64,000 nt of DNA. It comes from Fimicolochytrium jonesii (lineage: Eukaryota). The stretch is taken from the NCBI RefSeq assembly GCF_025526975.1, contig NW_026515677.1, positions 1 to 64,000 of the forward strand. Reading direction: 5' to 3'. Shown here in pieces: positions 61,248-64,000 of the stretch. The notes under the pieces are model-generated. The model worked only from the letters and a program-made list of their open reading frames with translations. It made no database searches and had not been told where the DNA came from. The number at the start of each line of letters is the position of its first letter. Position 1 is the stretch's first letter. The translations under genes were made by a program, and so were the position numbers.

Positions 61248-64000
61248 TTGCTACTAGTTGCAACACGATTCAGTCATTAGTGCGGGTGGAAATAATTCGT
61301 TGACTGACTCACCTGGAGGTTCAAGATCCATCCCCGTCGTTGCAAGAACCGGCGCAAGAAACGTCGCTATATAAAGATGTTATACAGTATTTGTCAAGGA
61401 ATTGTCGTGTAGCCCTGGGTTTTCTCTGCCCACTCCACAGGGCGAGGTCGCCCTGACATTCTCATCCGGATGCCCGGCCGGGAGTCGTTGGACAATGTGC
61501 ACAAAAGGGATCCCGAGGGAAAGTCTCATCGCATAAGATACCGGAACGCGGTCTTTGTGCCTACGGGGTGAATGATGAGCTGAGATGAACACCGCACCTG
61601 GTCTGAAAGCGAGCGTACTCGAGTAACTTCATGACGAATCCTCCACAGCCTGGTATCAACGTATTCCATGGTGGGCGCTACAGCACGGGACACATCTGTG
61701 TGTCTGCAGTCGGTAACTCGGGATCAACCAAACGTGATGTACCCCTTCGCATCATTCTGAGCGGCTTCATCCTTATCATCCTCCATTGACTCTCATACAT
61801 CCTGAATAGTCGCCGTCCATGTGATCAATAACACGTACGGCCGAGCGAGGAGGACTGACTTTCACCGGACGAAGGATCGTGCCTATTCGGCTGACTTCCG
61901 TCGTCTGATAAGCGGATTCGTGTCAAGATATCGTATGTGAGGCCTTCTTCATGAGGGTACAGCATCGTAGGCGGCCATCCAGCAGGCGAGTCGCCGCCGA
62001 TTTGCTGATTGTTTCTCCCTTGGTAGTCCTCGGTAGACCTTTTTGCCGCTGCAGGGGTCGTGAAGTGCGAATGCCCGCTGCTGGGCTTTTTTCACTACAT
62101 GATGAGCACCCTTTGCAAGTCGGTCGGAAGAAGCGCGGTGGCTTTAATCTGCAAACAGGCTGCGTAGCCGTCTTGTGCAATGCCTTTGACATGCGTCTTT
62201 TGGGGTGTTCGGAACTGCCATGCCCTCTGATAACAACCTCAACTACTCTCCCAAGTGATCGCAAGAGCGTGGTTGTTCATGTATTGCATGGCAATTCTCA
62301 TCGAGCCATTGGAATAGACAGCAGATGAGCAGACGGCATCGTTACCGAAGAAAGCCACAGTTGCCGAAACTCCATCGCAATGTCCCATATCGAACAATGC
62401 TTTATCAAGAAAATGATCTGCTCGCCCAGAGTTTATTTGCGAAGCACTCTCGGGGCTGATGTCGATGGACGCATATCCACCGCGCCCCACGCGCAGGGCA
62501 TGCTTGACAGTAGTTTCCTCAAACCGTGCAGTGCGACATCCGAAGGGGGTGTTTCGAAGCACAAATCAACTCGAGATCCCGGCCTTCCGACAAGACCGTC
62601 ACGTAATGTCGGGCATGACAGGCTGTTCGGATTGCCGGGATCTCTTCGAGCCGTTATGGTTGTCGAGGTCTTCTTTCACGGCGAGCTTCATCAGCGAGCC
62701 TCCAAACCGTGTAGCAACGAATTGCGCTGCAGTGTTGGGCCCCAACTGCCGTTTGGACTTTGCGGGACTCCGCGGTCGCGTCCTCTGTCCATCTGAACCC
62801 AAGCGGGGGATTGTCAGACGCTGGTCGATGGATGTGTAAAAGTCGCCAAGGAATACCAGTGAAGAAAGCGCACGACGTCGTGCGTCTATCGTGAGTTGCT
62901 GCCTCCAGATCCAGTCACCTCGCAAGGATGCACAGCCAACTCTGCTTTCAAAGTTCTCGATCTCGAACGTCAAATCGTGCCCGCTTTCTCGCGAGAAAGG
63001 CCTGAGACGCAATCCCAGCTTCCAAGCCACACAAAGCTGCACTAAGCCACGCTGGGTACGCATGACATCATCACTCCTCACGTGTCCACTACGACTCCAA
63101 CTTGTTCTGTCCGACCCTGTGCGACCCTGTCCCACCAGAATGACTCACCTCAACATGACATCATCCAGCCGCCCCCTGTTCCAGTTCCTTCCAGTCCGTC
63201 TCCAACTCCGACTGGGGGCGCCCTCCAATTGCCAAATCCGCACAGACGCAGGTCAATCGCGATCTGGCAGCTCCGTCCACAAATAATTATTTATCAATTT
63301 CAGACGGGGGCGTTGGAACGAGGCCTGGGAGCCGGGTCAGCTGAAGAACTTTTGGGATGTTCCGGTGGGAATCGATCGGTTGAAACTTGAGAGTGAGACT
63401 TTGCATCGCCCATCGCGAGGGAGAAAGCCACGACTCGCAAACGGGAGAACAGCCGCAAAACGGAACGGAGTGTGATGGAGACGCCCGAGCCAGGATTGTC
63501 CGTCGGTTATGGTTTTGGTTTCGCCGCTGTGCTTGCACATGCATGTCCCAGATCCAGTGTACAGTATGCGATCCTCGCGCCCATATGCGGAAGATGCCTG
63601 CCGATTCCGCCATTTCCAATGCGTTTCGCTCAATTTCAAGATCAACCACCAGCAAACGTGCTATTCAGCGCCAAGTCAAGGCAATGCCATCGTCTCCCAA
63701 ATAATACTTTGGAAAGGGCCGCGCGCGCACAGAAGCGACGCGTTCATCTGCAAATGACCGAGAATGATCATTGCGCACTTTTCGTTTTCGCGGCATGACA
63801 TCACGGAGCTGGCGAGCTGGGGGGACCGCCGGTGGTGGTTGCTCAGCTGCGAACTTGGTGGGTGCTGTTGAAATCCAAATTGCTCTTGTGATTTGTCGCC
63901 ACCGGTCCACTCACTGCAAATGTCCCAGATCGGGCGTTGGAAATCGGGAACGTTGACATGAATTCGAAGGAGTGGTCGTTGATGTGAATTTAACAATACG

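Noticed and set aside
61900..64000. Many short ORFs on both strands
   Set aside because: No coherent motif or splice pattern; likely decayed or non-coding sequence.

Overview
Eukaryotic DNA with short GT-AG introns and TTAGGG-type telomeric repeats. It is most likely an early-diverging fungus such as a chytrid, which is an inference from intron style and gene families. The left ~22 kb looks subtelomeric or accessory. It holds an interstitial (TAACCC)7 tract, a compact AT-rich virus-like island ending in direct repeats plus a perfect palindrome, an intronless 5.3-kb nuclease-NACHT (Avs/NLR-like) gene broken by two in-frame stops, an RtcB2-type RNA ligase gene divergent from a BiP gene, a PD-(D/E)XK gene, and an intron-containing Fanzor1 (TnpB-derived) gene with a structured candidate omegaRNA downstream. 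The middle holds a DUF4246 pseudogene, a PAN-TM-SH3 gene, a GST and an 8.3-kb intact PKS-like gene (KS-AT-DH/PT-ACP-ACP-MT-Cy). In that gene the KS Cys, the AT Ser and both ACP Ser residues are all substituted, so it looks like a preserved catalytically dead megasynthase. The right part holds tRNA-Glu, a probable endogenised RNA-virus nucleocapsid fragment, decayed gene relics, a GPI-anchored S1/P1 nuclease and small membrane-protein genes. All family assignments come from motif recognition by eye; no database searches were run.
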